Source of the DNA: an uncultured Bdellovibrionales bacterium | Lineage (GTDB): Bacteria; Patescibacteriota; Minisyncoccia; Moranbacterales; UBA1568 | Direction: 5' to 3' | DNA length: 64,000 bases | NCBI GenBank assembly: GCA_964398485.1 | Contig: CAYNMD010000001.1 | Span: 5,072 to 69,071, forward strand | Shown here: piece by piece, positions 18,709 to 29,330 of the stretch | Layout: each line of letters starts with the position of its first letter | How positions within the stretch are numbered: the stretch's first letter is position 1 | Notes under the pieces: model-generated | Seen by the model: the letters and a program-made list of their open reading frames with translations, nothing else | The model's database searches: none | Told to the model about the DNA's origin: nothing | Translations under genes and position numbers: made by a program

Positions 18709-19587
18709 ATGACACTTCGATTTATCTCGATAGCGCTCCTGGCAATTGTGTTGGTGCTTCCAGTGGGAGCGTTGGCTGAATCCGGAGCCAATACCAATGC
18801 TACCAAGCGGGCAGAGGCAATGAAACAGAAAATGGAAGAACGCCAGGCTAAAACTGAGGCTCGTATTGAGGAGAGAACGGCTAAGATGGAAGAACGCCAG
18901 GCTGCTTGGGCTGAAAAAAAAGAAGAGATGCAAGAGAAACGGCAGGCTGCTTTTTGTGAGCGTTTTACAACGCGGATGGATGCTCGAGCGGATCGTATGG
19001 AGGAGCGAGCTAGTACTGTGAGTAGTAGGCTGAGTAATCGCTCTGAGCGACGCACTGATCGAAGGGATAACCGTGATGACCTTCTTGATGGAAAACGAGA
19101 TAGTCAGGATGAAAAGCGGACAGCGCTCTATGCTAAGTTAGAAGGCCAGGCTGATTCTGATGAGGAGAAAGCAGCAGTAGCAGACTTTAAAGAAGCTGTT
19201 GATAAGGCAGTAGCTACACGGCGAGCAGCGGTTGACGCAGCTATTAGTTCTTTTCGCTCGGGCGTGGATGCCCTGGTAGATGCTCGGAAGAATAGCGCTT
19301 CTGAAGTTTACGGTGATTTCAAAGAAGCAGCCGATGCGGCTGCTAGTCAGGCGAAATCTGATTGTGAAGCAGGAAAAAGTGTTGAAGAAGTACGCTCTGT
19401 CTATGAATCTGCCATGAAGACGGCTCGGGAAAAGCTCAAGGAAGACAAGAATGGTACGGATAAGATTCGTGATGATGTAGAGAAACTTGCCGAGGTCAAA
19501 AAGAGTGCTATTGAGAAGGCAATGAGTGATTTCAAGGCAGCTGTCGAGGCAGCTAGAGCTGATTTGAAAAAGGTTATGTCAGCCTAG
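18709..19587 (+). CDS. Secreted all-helical coiled-coil protein
   Basis: Signal peptide (ALA); E/K/R/A-rich; repeated MEERQA; two Cys. Confidence 0.8.
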   Translation: MTLRFISIALLAIVLVLPVGALAESGANTNATKRAEAMKQKMEERQAKTEARIEERTAKMEERQAAWAEKKEEMQEKRQAAFCERFTTRMDARADRMEERASTVSSRLSNRSERRTDRRDNRDDLLDGKRDSQDEKRTALYAKLEGQADSDEEKAAVADFKEAVDKAVATRRAAVDAAISSFRSGVDALVDARKNSASEVYGDFKEAADAAASQAKSDCEAGKSVEEVRSVYESAMKTAREKLKEDKNGTDKIRDDVEKLAEVKKSAIEKAMSDFKAAVEAARADLKKVMSA

Positions 19588-19611
19588 GTGTGATACTGAC
19601 CATTTCTGAGT

Positions 19612-19645
19612 AGAAAACCCCCTCGTTCGAGGGGTTTTTCTTTTT
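19612..19645 (+). terminator. Intrinsic terminator
   Basis: AAAACCCCCTCG-TT-CGAGGGGTTTTT. Confidence 0.75.
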
Positions 19646-19675
19646 CTTTCTTTTCCAGATGATATACTGAGTTTT

Positions 19676-20635
19676 ATGGAGCATAGATACAAATGGATTA
19701 TAGTGGGAGTGGTTGGATGTGTCCTGGTGGGCAGTTTGACTTTTTGGTTTTCTGTATCGAAAAAGACAGTGGACACCCCAGATGTTTTTGGTGAAGGGGA
19801 CGCGGAGGAATTTGCCGAGATCCCACAAGGAGATTTCGGAGCAGCATTGGAAGCTATGCCGACGATTCTGAATTTTTCGGATCTGGCTCAGGGAGAGCTT
19901 CAGGCAGATGCTGAGGCCGAGCTTGCTCTGTTTGATGAGCGGATGATGCAGCCTCTTAAAGAGCTAATACTGTTTGCTGAGGCGGTTCAGGTTGGCCTGG
20001 AACAAAACAAATATCAATGGTGCTCAATATATCATTCACTGGAGGGTCGTTATGCATTACCAGCTGAATCGTCAGAGATGGTCTTGGCAGCCTATCGGGA
20101 GCAGATGGAGAGTGAACGATCAATACGAGCAGAGGAGCGACTCGCCAAGCGATATGCGGACTGGAATATGTGGCTGCTACGTTTGGCTGAAGCAAGTGTC
20201 GATAAGAAAAAGATTAAGAAATCAGTTGAAGAGCTGCAAGAAGATTTCAATGATATAACAGATGCCTATGATGCAGTGCTCCTCAGTGAACGAGAAAGAA
20301 TGTTTGAAGGAATTGATAAACAAATACTCAGTTATCCTGAGAGGCTGAGTTGGCCACGAATGCTTTATAGTAAACTCGACCTCTCTTTGCCAGAGAAGTC
20401 AGCGGTGTGTACTGAAAATTGGCCAATTGATGCTGGAGAAGTCCAACAGCTCAAAAGCCGAGTTATTTCCTGGCGAGCGCTCTTGAAGCGGGCTTTGGTA
20501 GATGCAGAAGAGATGCGTTTATCGATTGAACAATTTTCTAAAGGAGGGAATAGTGCTTTTCAGAAAGAGCTTGTTACTTTGAACGGAGAATTAGAGAAGA
20601 TAGTATCTCAGTTTCAATTACGGATGAAGGAGTAA
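19676..20635 (+). CDS. TM-anchored coiled-coil protein
   Basis: N-terminal TM, helical heptad pattern, two Cys in the soluble part. Confidence 0.72.
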   Translation: MEHRYKWIIVGVVGCVLVGSLTFWFSVSKKTVDTPDVFGEGDAEEFAEIPQGDFGAALEAMPTILNFSDLAQGELQADAEAELALFDERMMQPLKELILFAEAVQVGLEQNKYQWCSIYHSLEGRYALPAESSEMVLAAYREQMESERSIRAEERLAKRYADWNMWLLRLAEASVDKKKIKKSVEELQEDFNDITDAYDAVLLSERERMFEGIDKQILSYPERLSWPRMLYSKLDLSLPEKSAVCTENWPIDAGEVQQLKSRVISWRALLKRALVDAEEMRLSIEQFSKGGNSAFQKELVTLNGELEKIVSQFQLRMKE

Positions 20636-20639
20636 ATTC

Positions 20640-20954
20640 ATGGCATCATCTTCACAGACAAAGCAAAGTTCTTTTCGTGAACGAGTATACGATATTGTCG
20701 CCCAGATCAGAAAAGGGAGCGTGCTTACGTATGGCGAAGTTGCAAAGCGGGCGGGAAGACCTGGAGCGGCCAGGGCAGTGGGTACGGCGATGAAAGAAAA
20801 TCCTTATCCAAAACGTGTACCGTGTCATCGGGTTGTCCGAGCTGATGGTAGTATTGGTGAATACGCCTTTGGTGGTCCCAAGGTTAAACTGAGGAAACTT
20901 CAATCCGAAGGGGTGCCTTTTTTGAATGCTGACCGAGTACAGATAGGTGTCTAA
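20640..20954 (+). CDS. MGMT-family methylated-DNA-protein-cysteine methyltransferase (C-terminal domain only)
   Basis: TYGEVA, ARAVG, PCHRVV. Confidence 0.9.
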   Translation: MASSSQTKQSSFRERVYDIVAQIRKGSVLTYGEVAKRAGRPGAARAVGTAMKENPYPKRVPCHRVVRADGSIGEYAFGGPKVKLRKLQSEGVPFLNADRVQIGV

Positions 20955-21004
20955 GCTTGAAAGCTGATGGTATTTGTGGTACTATCAGAACTTGTATATT
21001 TTTT

Positions 21005-23593
21005 ATGACAGAGAAGAAAAAAGGTACTAGAAAAAGCATTGAACCAATAGATGAAATTATCGTCAAAGGGGCTCGGACGCATAATCTCAAAAATATTACC
21101 GTTTCGATGCCACGTAATAAGATGGTGGTGTTTACGGGACTTTCCGGATCAGGGAAGTCATCGCTTGCTTTTGACACCATTTTTGCTGAGGGACAAAGGC
21201 GGTATGTCGAAAGTCTTTCGGCCTACGCTCGGCAATTTCTCAACACCATGCAGAAGCCAGATGTGGATGAAATTGTGGGGCTTTCGCCAGCTATTTCTAT
21301 TGATCAGAAATCAGCGAGTCGGAATCCTCGTTCTACCGTAGCTACCGTAACGGAAATATATGACTATCTGCGAGTCCTCTATGCTCGGCTCGGGCGGCCA
21401 CATTGTCTCGAATGTGGACGGGAAATTAGCAAACTCTCGAGCGAGGAGATGCTTGAGGTGGTCAAAGAAAAAGTCCATGCACTGCTTAAGGATCCCAAGA
21501 AACAAGATCTGCCGGTAATGGTCCTGGCGCCGGTGGTGCGAGGGCGTAAAGGGGAGTACTATCAAATGCTGTACCATGCGCTTGGTCGTGGGTTTACCTC
21601 TATCTATCTTGATGGAGCAAGGAAGAGTCTCCGTGAACAGGTGGTCCTCAAGAAAAATTTCAAACACAATATTGATCTCGTGGTCGACGAATTTTTGGCT
21701 CGTGATTTTAAGCAGTATCAGGCTGATACCGAAGTACGTCTCTCGGAATCAGTTCAGCGAGCACTTGAAGAGGCAGAGAATATCGTCAAAATTCGAATTG
21801 GGGAAGAAGAGTTTCTTCTCTCAGCCAAGTTTACTTGTCCGTATGATGGGTTCTCCTATCCCGAAGTAGAACCGAGACTGTTTTCTTTCAATTCTCCGTA
21901 TGGAGCCTGTCAGGCTTGTAATGGTCTTGGGACCAAGCATTTTTTTGGCGATGAGCCCTGTGAAGTATGTAATGGGACTAGACTAAGGGAAGAGGCCCAA
22001 CACATTCTTGTAGGTGGCAAGAACGTTATTGATCTTACTCGACTGACGACAGAGGCAGCCTATGACTTTTTTATTGAGCTCGATCTTACTGAACGGGAAA
22101 AACAGATTGCGGCGGTGGTCCTCCGTGAGATCGAGAGTAGACTGCAGTTCCTCCTCAATGTTGGTCTCAATTATCTCACTCTTGATCGACGTGCTAATAC
22201 GCTGTCTGGTGGTGAGGCCCAGCGCATTCGTCTCGCGAGTCAGCTTGGGTCACAACTGGTAGGAGCACTCTATGTGCTGGATGAACCAACTATTGGTCTT
22301 CATCAAAGAGATAATCAGCGACTTATCAAGACTCTCGAGGCTCTCAGGGATCTTGGTAATACGATTATTGTTGTTGAACATGATGAGGATACTATTTTTG
22401 CTTCCGACTATATCGTAGATATTGGTCCTGGGGCAGGAGTGCATGGAGGTGAGGTGGTAGTGGCGGGAGATTTGGAGACACTCCTCACTGCGAAAAAAAA
22501 TACTTCTGGTTCGCTGACACTGGCGTATCTCCGTGGTGAAGAAAAAATTCCTGTACCAGAACGGCGTACGAAGGATAAGGGGACAATTCGGATCCGGGGT
22601 GGCCGAGTTTTCAATATCAAGAATCTGAGTGTTGATGTCCCCCTGGGCCGATTTATAACCGTAACGGGAGTATCAGGATCAGGAAAATCTTCTTTCTTAT
22701 ACGAAATTCTCCATAAGAATTTACAGGCACGTTTTGATCGACGGTATAAATCCAATCGAGTGGAAAATTGCGACAGCATCACTGGGACGGAATACCTCTC
22801 ACGAGTAGTGATGATTGATCAGAGTCCGATTGGTCGCACCCCACGGTCCAATCCTGCTACTTATACCGGTGCCTTTGGCCACATTCGTGACCTGTTTGCG
22901 GCCACCGAAGAGGCAAGGGTCCGCGGCTGGAAACCAGGACGATTTTCCTTTAACCGCCCAGGGGGACGCTGTGAAACGTGTGAGGGCAATGGTTTTATAG
23001 CGGTCGAGATGCACTTTCTTCCAACGGTATATGTGCCATGTGATGTGTGTGATGGGAAGCGTTTTACCAAAGAGACACTGGAGGTGACTTACAAGGACAA
23101 GAATATTCACCAGGTGCTTGCTATGACGATCGAGGAAGCGTATCAATTTTTCTATGATATTCCAGCGATTGCCGATCGACTCAAGACACTCAATGAAGTT
23201 GGTCTCGGGTACCTTGAACTTGGTCAATCAGCGACGACACTTTCGGGTGGTGAAGCACAACGAGTAAAGATTGCGAGCGAACTCTATCGCCAGTCAACAG
23301 AACGAACGATCTATCTTTTGGATGAACCTACTATTGGTCTTCACTACGCTGATGTTCGAAAGCTCATTGAGATTCTCGATCGGTTGGTAGTTAAGGGCAA
23401 TACAGTGATGGTGATTGAGCACAATATGGATCTTATTAAGAGTGCTGATTATATTATTGATATTGGTCCAGAAGGAGGAGTGGGGGGTGGAAAGCTTGTC
23501 GCGAGTGGCACGCCTGAGGAAGTTGCTAAAGCACCTGGTTCACATACAGGGGAATATCTCAAAAAAGTGTTACGAGCGAGCCAGTCGAAATAG
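21005..23593 (+). CDS. uvrA: Excinuclease ABC subunit A, copy 1 (lacks the insertion domain)
   Basis: Two Walker A motifs ([16 protein letters not shown]), two LSGGE, zinc fingers. Confidence 0.96.
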   Translation: MTEKKKGTRKSIEPIDEIIVKGARTHNLKNITVSMPRNKMVVFTGLSGSGKSSLAFDTIFAEGQRRYVESLSAYARQFLNTMQKPDVDEIVGLSPAISIDQKSASRNPRSTVATVTEIYDYLRVLYARLGRPHCLECGREISKLSSEEMLEVVKEKVHALLKDPKKQDLPVMVLAPVVRGRKGEYYQMLYHALGRGFTSIYLDGARKSLREQVVLKKNFKHNIDLVVDEFLARDFKQYQADTEVRLSESVQRALEEAENIVKIRIGEEEFLLSAKFTCPYDGFSYPEVEPRLFSFNSPYGACQACNGLGTKHFFGDEPCEVCNGTRLREEAQHILVGGKNVIDLTRLTTEAAYDFFIELDLTEREKQIAAVVLREIESRLQFLLNVGLNYLTLDRRANTLSGGEAQRIRLASQLGSQLVGALYVLDEPTIGLHQRDNQRLIKTLEALRDLGNTIIVVEHDEDTIFASDYIVDIGPGAGVHGGEVVVAGDLETLLTAKKNTSGSLTLAYLRGEEKIPVPERRTKDKGTIRIRGGRVFNIKNLSVDVPLGRFITVTGVSGSGKSSFLYEILHKNLQARFDRRYKSNRVENCDSITGTEYLSRVVMIDQSPIGRTPRSNPATYTGAFGHIRDLFAATEEARVRGWKPGRFSFNRPGGRCETCEGNGFIAVEMHFLPTVYVPCDVCDGKRFTKETLEVTYKDKNIHQVLAMTIEEAYQFFYDIPAIADRLKTLNEVGLGYLELGQSATTLSGGEAQRVKIASELYRQSTERTIYLLDEPTIGLHYADVRKLIEILDRLVVKGNTVMVIEHNMDLIKSADYIIDIGPEGGVGGGKLVASGTPEEVAKAPGSHTGEYLKKVLRASQSK

Positions 23594-23676
23594 CTGTTGC
23601 CTTCCTTTATAGGGAGACAGCCATGATACTATAGGAAAGGAAATCCTTTCTAGAGGGTTTGGTTACCAGAAGCGAT

Positions 23677-24393
23677 ATGTATATAAAAGTGGAAAATTTC
23701 TGGTCTCTTCTACTTCGGCCGGGACGTGCAGTCTCTGTTCCTGACGGAACTCTTGAAGCACTAAAATGGCTAGCTTTGGCCTCCATGTTTTATGATCATG
23801 GTGTGCGCTTGCTTGGGGCAGGAGGAACAGTTGGTAATGCAACTTCTTTTGGAAGACTTGCTTTCCCGCTGTTTGCGTTTATTATTGCCTATAATTTGTC
23901 ACGAGCTGGATCTGGGCGAGCGGTGTATGAGAGAACGATAAAACGACTGATCTCTTTTGGGCTATTATCTTTGCCAGTCACGTACTATTTTTTTGGGGCA
24001 GAATTTTTGAACATTCTTTTTACCTTCGCCTTGGCCATAGGGATTGTTTGGTTGTTGGAGGGATGGCGCTCTTGGTGGAGAGTATTACTCGCAGCAGGAA
24101 TTCTTGGATTCAGTCCTTGGGTGGAATATGGTTTCCCTGGCGTACTCCTTATTCTTAGTTTTTTTGCTTGGCAACGTTTCGGATTACGTATCCCCGTGAT
24201 CTTTTTTTTGGTTGGGGCGTTTTCACTACTGAATATGGCTAATGGAAGCTTCTGGGCTCTTGCCGTGTTACCAATTATTTGGTTGGCTTCGGTGATAAGT
24301 CTAGATATTAAACGATCAAAGTGGCTTTTTTATGTTGTTTACCCTTTGCATCTGTGGATACTGATGGGAATTCATTGGTTTTTTGCACGGTAG
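23677..24393 (+). CDS. TraX/TrbP-family membrane protein
   Basis: LKWLALASMFYDH, GRLAFPLF, NILFTF, FYVVYPLHL. Confidence 0.85.
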   Translation: MYIKVENFWSLLLRPGRAVSVPDGTLEALKWLALASMFYDHGVRLLGAGGTVGNATSFGRLAFPLFAFIIAYNLSRAGSGRAVYERTIKRLISFGLLSLPVTYYFFGAEFLNILFTFALAIGIVWLLEGWRSWWRVLLAAGILGFSPWVEYGFPGVLLILSFFAWQRFGLRIPVIFFLVGAFSLLNMANGSFWALAVLPIIWLASVISLDIKRSKWLFYVVYPLHLWILMGIHWFFAR

Positions 24394-24421
24394 ACTCAAT
24401 ATAAATGTTTGACTTGAAGAT

Positions 24422-24925
24422 ATGAAAACTATTCTGGTTCGTGATCGTATGCAGCAAGGCTACAGCTATACTTGTACCGAACCAGTAGGGAAAAATTTTC
24501 GGGATGATTTCAAGCCAGATCTCACACCACAGGAGATGCTCGCTCTCGGGGTATTTGGCGGGAAATATATGACTGACTGTCAGAAAGAATTTCCCAAAGA
24601 ATGGTTTTCCAAAGCCAAACTCTCACCAGAAAAATCTGATCCAAAAATCAATTATTTTGGGGTCGCTGCCTCACAGCCACTCTCGGTGTGGCAGACCAAA
24701 GGCTGGATTTACCAGGATGATCCACGTGGCTGGTTTCAGTGGTACTGCCGTTACTATATGGGGAGGCGTTTACCAGAGGAGGATGATCGGCAAATCAAGC
24801 GCTGGCAGGCTATCAGGCGGCATGTAGCACAAATAGTTCACCATTGTCGCCGTGGTGACCTACACTGTCGTCCACGCCAACGTCAGGCATTACTTCACTG
24901 GGCGTATGACAGTCGAAATCTTTAA
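24422..24925 (+). CDS. Conserved hypothetical protein
   Basis: P.LTP.EML..GVFGG.Y, DPRGWFQWYCRYY.GRR, RQALLHWAYD. Confidence 0.8.
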   Translation: MKTILVRDRMQQGYSYTCTEPVGKNFRDDFKPDLTPQEMLALGVFGGKYMTDCQKEFPKEWFSKAKLSPEKSDPKINYFGVAASQPLSVWQTKGWIYQDDPRGWFQWYCRYYMGRRLPEEDDRQIKRWQAIRRHVAQIVHHCRRGDLHCRPRQRQALLHWAYDSRNL

Positions 24926-24936
24926 AAGACTCTAGA

Positions 24937-25224
24937 CTAGTTATTATGAAAGCCTGGTCTGCGACGATCAGCATCGTCCTCTTCCCTTTCTTCAGCTAGA
25001 AGAGCATCTCGTTCTCGCTCCGAATTGAGGATAGCTTGAATGATGCTTTCACGGTCGTATTCCCCATTTTGTAATACGTATCTTCCTGGCTTGAGAGGCA
25101 CCCTTACCCTTTCAGTGTATGCAGCCAAAAGCTCGTTGTCCGGAAGTTGTCTATAAGTATCTTCCGGAGTGGCATCAAAATTGAGTGAGAGCTGTTCGTG
25201 TCTGGGGAGTTGTTCTAGATTCAT
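24937..25224 (-). CDS. Hypothetical protein
   Basis: 95 aa ATG ORF. Confidence 0.55.
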   Translation of the reverse strand: MNLEQLPRHEQLSLNFDATPEDTYRQLPDNELLAAYTERVRVPLKPGRYVLQNGEYDRESIIQAILNSERERDALLAEEREEDDADRRRPGFHNN

Positions 25225-25313
25225 AAAGGTAATAAAAATCAGTACTTACACTCTGAGTATATCATTTGAAAAACGGATAAAAAAGAAGCCCTGAGTACTA
25301 ATTATTCTGGTGG

Positions 25314-25766
25314 TTACTCTAGTAAATCTTCGGTTACCCTAACCTGGCAAGCTTTACGGAGGCTCTTGTCGGTGATGGCGTCACAGCCGGAGAGATTCCC
25401 TTCTTTGATAGCCGTATCTTTTTGCTCAATATCTTTTGATAGATTGGGATCGGTGAGTGTGGGAGCGGAGGTAGCGGGATCAGGTGAGAGTCCGCAGACA
25501 TTTTGACAGTATACATACTGATCAGGTGATGCCTCAAAAGCGGCGCACTCATTAGTACAGTCTATGGGGAGAATTTCGACAAAAGACGGAGAGGTCAAGG
25601 TTGGTGTGGTGGTCTCTTCTGAGGGATCTTCTTTGGTACTTTCCAGCTTATTCTCTTGGTTCTTTTGTTCAAAAACAGTCCTGCCTTCTTGTTGCAGGGT
25701 AAGGAAGATAATTCCCCCCAAAGTTAAACAGCTAATGAGAGTTAGCCAAAGAGCTGAGCGATGCAT
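25314..25766 (-). CDS. TM-anchored Cys-rich protein
   Basis: N-terminal TM; CTNEC, CQNVC, CDAI...C; directly downstream of the SpoIID gene. Confidence 0.7.
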   Translation of the reverse strand: MHRSALWLTLISCLTLGGIIFLTLQQEGRTVFEQKNQENKLESTKEDPSEETTTPTLTSPSFVEILPIDCTNECAAFEASPDQYVYCQNVCGLSPDPATSAPTLTDPNLSKDIEQKDTAIKEGNLSGCDAITDKSLRKACQVRVTEDLLE

Positions 25767-25771
25767 AGGTA

Positions 25772-27568
25772 TTAGTAGGCGCGGATGAGGTCGACGCCGG
25801 GGTAATAGTGCTGGAGCATGCTGTCCCAGGTAGCATTATCATATTTGGCCATACGAACCGCTCCATTGGCTGAAAGCCCTACCATATGGTTGCCTCGTGA
25901 GGCGAGAGAACAAGTTGATTCGCTCTCATGTTTGCCACGTGTATCACTAGCACTGGAGAGCCAAGGATAGAGCGTAGAAGTTTTTCCCGTTTCTGTTTTA
26001 CAGCTTCTTCCCCAGTGGCCATCTTCGAAGCGGCGGGTAGTACCATCTGTCCATGAGCTGTAAGGAGTCAGCGCTACCTCACGTTCATACATGACGAGCG
26101 TTCCTTTGGTAGCTTCTGCTCCTTTTCTGATATCTGGATGATTTACTTCCCAATCGTAACCAAGGTAGACTTGATTACCAGCTGTGGCGTCAACTTTGAA
26201 GCCTTGATCGGCGTATTTGGTGCTCCATTTGAGTTTCCAGTAGCCATAGGTACGGAAAATGGTAGTCATGAGTTTGTCGTATTCATCGGGACCGCTCCCA
26301 GTAATCTCACCCATGCCCCAGACATAGTGCTCGAGGGGGAGAGTATTGATCACCCAGATGCGGTCACCATCAGACTCGGGTGAATCATAGAAACGGAGTT
26401 TGATATTGCCACGATAGCGGTCAAACGAAGAATTGGGTCGGTTGACATTAAAAATAGTATTCACACTTTCGGCTTCAAAACGAACTTCTTTGGATGTTTC
26501 AGCCAGGGTAGTATCAGTGTCAGGCTCATAGACCCTGAAACGTTTATCACCAATATATTTGACGCGGATGCTTTTATTGGCAGCAATCTGAGCAAGCATC
26601 TCGCCATTACGATGAACGACCTTCCAATCGCCATCAGCTTTGATCTTGAAGGCTGACTCACGAAGATCACCAGGAACAAAATTGAAAATACCCACAGAAA
26701 TATTGGGACCGAGTTCACTCGTGTCAAGATCGGCATCGCCCGTGTCAGTTACCTTACCTTCCTCGAGGGCTTTTTTATATCGTTCATAGCCGAGTCTGTG
26801 AGTATCGCTCCCATAGTCTTTGTAGGCTTCATATTCTGGACGATTAAAACGAAGGAGGTGCCCATAACCAGCAAATGGTTTGTGGGAGAAGTAGGTGTTT
26901 TTGTCATCACCATAACTGGTGTACTCTCTTGCGATAGGCGCGAGCGAAGCATAGCGAGTGGGATTTTTAGCCCACTTTTTATATTTTTTTGCGAGCGACT
27001 TGAGGTATTTCTTCTCAGCTTTACGGTTCTCAAAATATTTAGCACGCCATGAAACACTCACGTAGCGTTCATATTTCTTGTAGAGCTGATACTGTTCGTA
27101 TTTTTGGAATAAGAGATACTGCTTATAGAGAGGGTAGTCAGCGCTATAGTCCTCGGTAGGGGGTACTTCTTCCACTGGTGGTTCATCTGCTTCTACAGCT
27201 TCAGGCGAGGGAGTATTTTCAAGAGTAGTGGTGTCGGGAGTGGCGGGCAAGGCCGTGTCAGGGACGACTGGTTGTTCGGATGGGGGAGTCACTGGCGTTT
27301 CTACTGGGATAGGGAGTGGCTGATCCGACGGGAGAGGGAGAGGTGTTTCTGTGGTGACTGGTTCGGTTGGTGGCCCAGTCGGTGTTTCCAAAGTTCCGCT
27401 AGGAGAAACAGTCTCGGAAGGGTTAGTAATTTCAGTGGTGGTGACAGGGGGAATAGTTTCGGGGGATGATTCCTCTGCTTGAGCCACCAAAAAAACAGCG
27501 AAAAAAGCGACGCTTAGTCCAAAGGCTATTGACGAATGTGAAAAAAAGGAAAAAACAGATCGTGACAC
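25772..27568 (-). CDS. Secreted SpoIID/LytB-domain peptidoglycan enzyme with Pro/Thr/Glu linker and Tyr/Lys-rich region
   Basis: YRGNI...VINTLPLEHYVWGMGE, RTY, QVY.G, HMVGLS..GA, L.HYYPG. Confidence 0.85.
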   Translation of the reverse strand: MSRSVFSFFSHSSIAFGLSVAFFAVFLVAQAEESSPETIPPVTTTEITNPSETVSPSGTLETPTGPPTEPVTTETPLPLPSDQPLPIPVETPVTPPSEQPVVPDTALPATPDTTTLENTPSPEAVEADEPPVEEVPPTEDYSADYPLYKQYLLFQKYEQYQLYKKYERYVSVSWRAKYFENRKAEKKYLKSLAKKYKKWAKNPTRYASLAPIAREYTSYGDDKNTYFSHKPFAGYGHLLRFNRPEYEAYKDYGSDTHRLGYERYKKALEEGKVTDTGDADLDTSELGPNISVGIFNFVPGDLRESAFKIKADGDWKVVHRNGEMLAQIAANKSIRVKYIGDKRFRVYEPDTDTTLAETSKEVRFEAESVNTIFNVNRPNSSFDRYRGNIKLRFYDSPESDGDRIWVINTLPLEHYVWGMGEITGSGPDEYDKLMTTIFRTYGYWKLKWSTKYADQGFKVDATAGNQVYLGYDWEVNHPDIRKGAEATKGTLVMYEREVALTPYSSWTDGTTRRFEDGHWGRSCKTETGKTSTLYPWLSSASDTRGKHESESTCSLASRGNHMVGLSANGAVRMAKYDNATWDSMLQHYYPGVDLIRAY

Positions 27569-27644
27569 AGTGTTTGTTTCTTATCCTAGTATAGCATAAA
27601 ATAGCTGCTTGCCGAGATGATTCTCTGGTATACTGAGAGGGCTT

Positions 27645-28262
27645 ATGCCTTCTCCACTAAAAACTTTTTCTTGGTTAACTATTGGGTACCTTGTGCTTTG
27701 TTTGGTGCTCTCGGTCAATCCAGTTGATCGCACAACGTGGTTTGTTGAAAATCTTACGGTTTGGATTATTATTGGTGCCATGTGGGTACTTTGGCGTTTG
27801 GATATTCGTTTCTCCTCGCTGGCGTATGGACTCATGTTTGTCTTGGTATATCTCCATACCATTGGAGGACACTATACTTTTGCTCAGGTGCCGTTTGATT
27901 GGGTGACAAATTGGTTTGGATTTGAACGCAATCACTTTGATCGAGTAGCTCATTTTACGGTTGGCTTCTATGCTTTTGCTATTGCCGAATGGCTTTTCAT
28001 AAAACGTCTCGTAGCGAATCACTTCCTTCTTTTTACATATCCTGTATGTGTGATTGCTACTGTAGCGATGAGTTATGAGCTGATTGAGTGGGTATACGCC
28101 GCGCTCGCCAATCCTGAGGCGGGCATTGCTTATCTGGGGAGTCAGGGAGATATTTGGGACGCTCAGAAGGATATGTTGGCTGATACTTTGGGGGCAATTG
28201 TAGCAACAGCACTGTTTTTTGTCGTTCGCCGACCGAGAGTCTCTCGAGTGGAACAAGAGTAA
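27645..28262 (+). CDS. DUF2238 (YjdF-like) membrane protein
   Basis: GGHYTFAQVP, RNHFDR..HF, QGDIWDAQKDM. Confidence 0.9.
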   Translation: MPSPLKTFSWLTIGYLVLCLVLSVNPVDRTTWFVENLTVWIIIGAMWVLWRLDIRFSSLAYGLMFVLVYLHTIGGHYTFAQVPFDWVTNWFGFERNHFDRVAHFTVGFYAFAIAEWLFIKRLVANHFLLFTYPVCVIATVAMSYELIEWVYAALANPEAGIAYLGSQGDIWDAQKDMLADTLGAIVATALFFVVRRPRVSRVEQE

Positions 28263-28267
28263 ACTCT

Positions 28268-28555
28268 ATGAAGTTTCAGTTTACTGCTAAGATGTTTCGA
28301 TATACCGTGGAGCCAGCTAGTTGGTACTTTGTGGAAACAGACAAGGAACTTGCTGCTACTCTGAAGCAGTCAGCTAAACGTACTAAGGGTTTTGGATTTA
28401 TCCCAGTTGAGGTAACGGTAGGGAAAACGATTTGGCGGACTACCTTCTTTCCTACGAAAAAGAAAACCTACCTTTTGGCGATCAAGGCGATTGTTCGGCG
28501 TAAGGAGGATATCCGTGAGGGGGATTATGTTTCGGCAGATGTCAAATTAATCTAG
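28268..28555 (+). CDS. DUF1905 family protein
   Basis: W.FV, G.IPV.VTVG...WRT..FP, Y.L.IK..VR. Confidence 0.8.
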   Translation: MKFQFTAKMFRYTVEPASWYFVETDKELAATLKQSAKRTKGFGFIPVEVTVGKTIWRTTFFPTKKKTYLLAIKAIVRRKEDIREGDYVSADVKLI

Positions 28556-28567
28556 TAATGCGGTATC

Positions 28568-29323
28568 ATGTTTTTTAAAAAGGAAAAAAAATTAAAGAAT
28601 CATTCTGAGGAAATCACTGATTTTCCTATGCGGCTCAATCGATTTATGGCGTTGCGAGGTTTGGCTACGCGGAGGGGGGCAGACGAGCTTATTGCCGCTG
28701 GCTTGGTTCGAGTTGATGGTCGAGTGGCTCGGGTGGGAGAGAGGATTGAGAGTCCTCAGGCGATAGTCGAACTTACTGAAGGGGCTGGTATGTTACAGAA
28801 AGACTATATTTACATTGCTTACTACAAGCCGAGAGGTATCATTACTCATTCTCCAAAGCGGAGCGAAAGGTCTATCCAGGATATTAGCAAGATTAAAGGG
28901 GTGTTTCCGGTAGGTCGACTTGATAAGGATTCTGAGGGACTTATTATATTGACCAATGATGGTCGAGTTACTGAACGACTTTTAAGTCCACGATTTGAAC
29001 ATGAGAAAGAGTACCTTGTTTCCATCAATGAACATTGGCCACGTACTATCCAGCAGGAATTGGAACGTGGTATTGAAGAAAATGGTGAAAAACTTCACGC
29101 AAAGAAATTTTTACCAATCAATAAAAATCAAGCCACCATTGTTCTTACCGAAGGAAAGAAGCATGAGATTCGTCGTATGCTTGCCTATTTTGATTTATCA
29201 GTAAATGAACTAAGGCGAGTTCGTATTATGAATGTCCATGTGGGTTCACTCAGACCGGGTGAGGGCCGGGAACTCAGCGGGAGAGCTCGCGCTGGATTTC
29301 TCAAGGATCTTGGATTGAATTAG
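28568..29323 (+). CDS. rRNA pseudouridine synthase (RsuA/RluB/RluF family)
   Basis: S4 domain, KPRG, GRLDKDSEGL, EGKKHEIRRM. Confidence 0.93.
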   Translation: MFFKKEKKLKNHSEEITDFPMRLNRFMALRGLATRRGADELIAAGLVRVDGRVARVGERIESPQAIVELTEGAGMLQKDYIYIAYYKPRGIITHSPKRSERSIQDISKIKGVFPVGRLDKDSEGLIILTNDGRVTERLLSPRFEHEKEYLVSINEHWPRTIQQELERGIEENGEKLHAKKFLPINKNQATIVLTEGKKHEIRRMLAYFDLSVNELRRVRIMNVHVGSLRPGEGRELSGRARAGFLKDLGLN

Positions 29324-29330
29324 TAGATCT

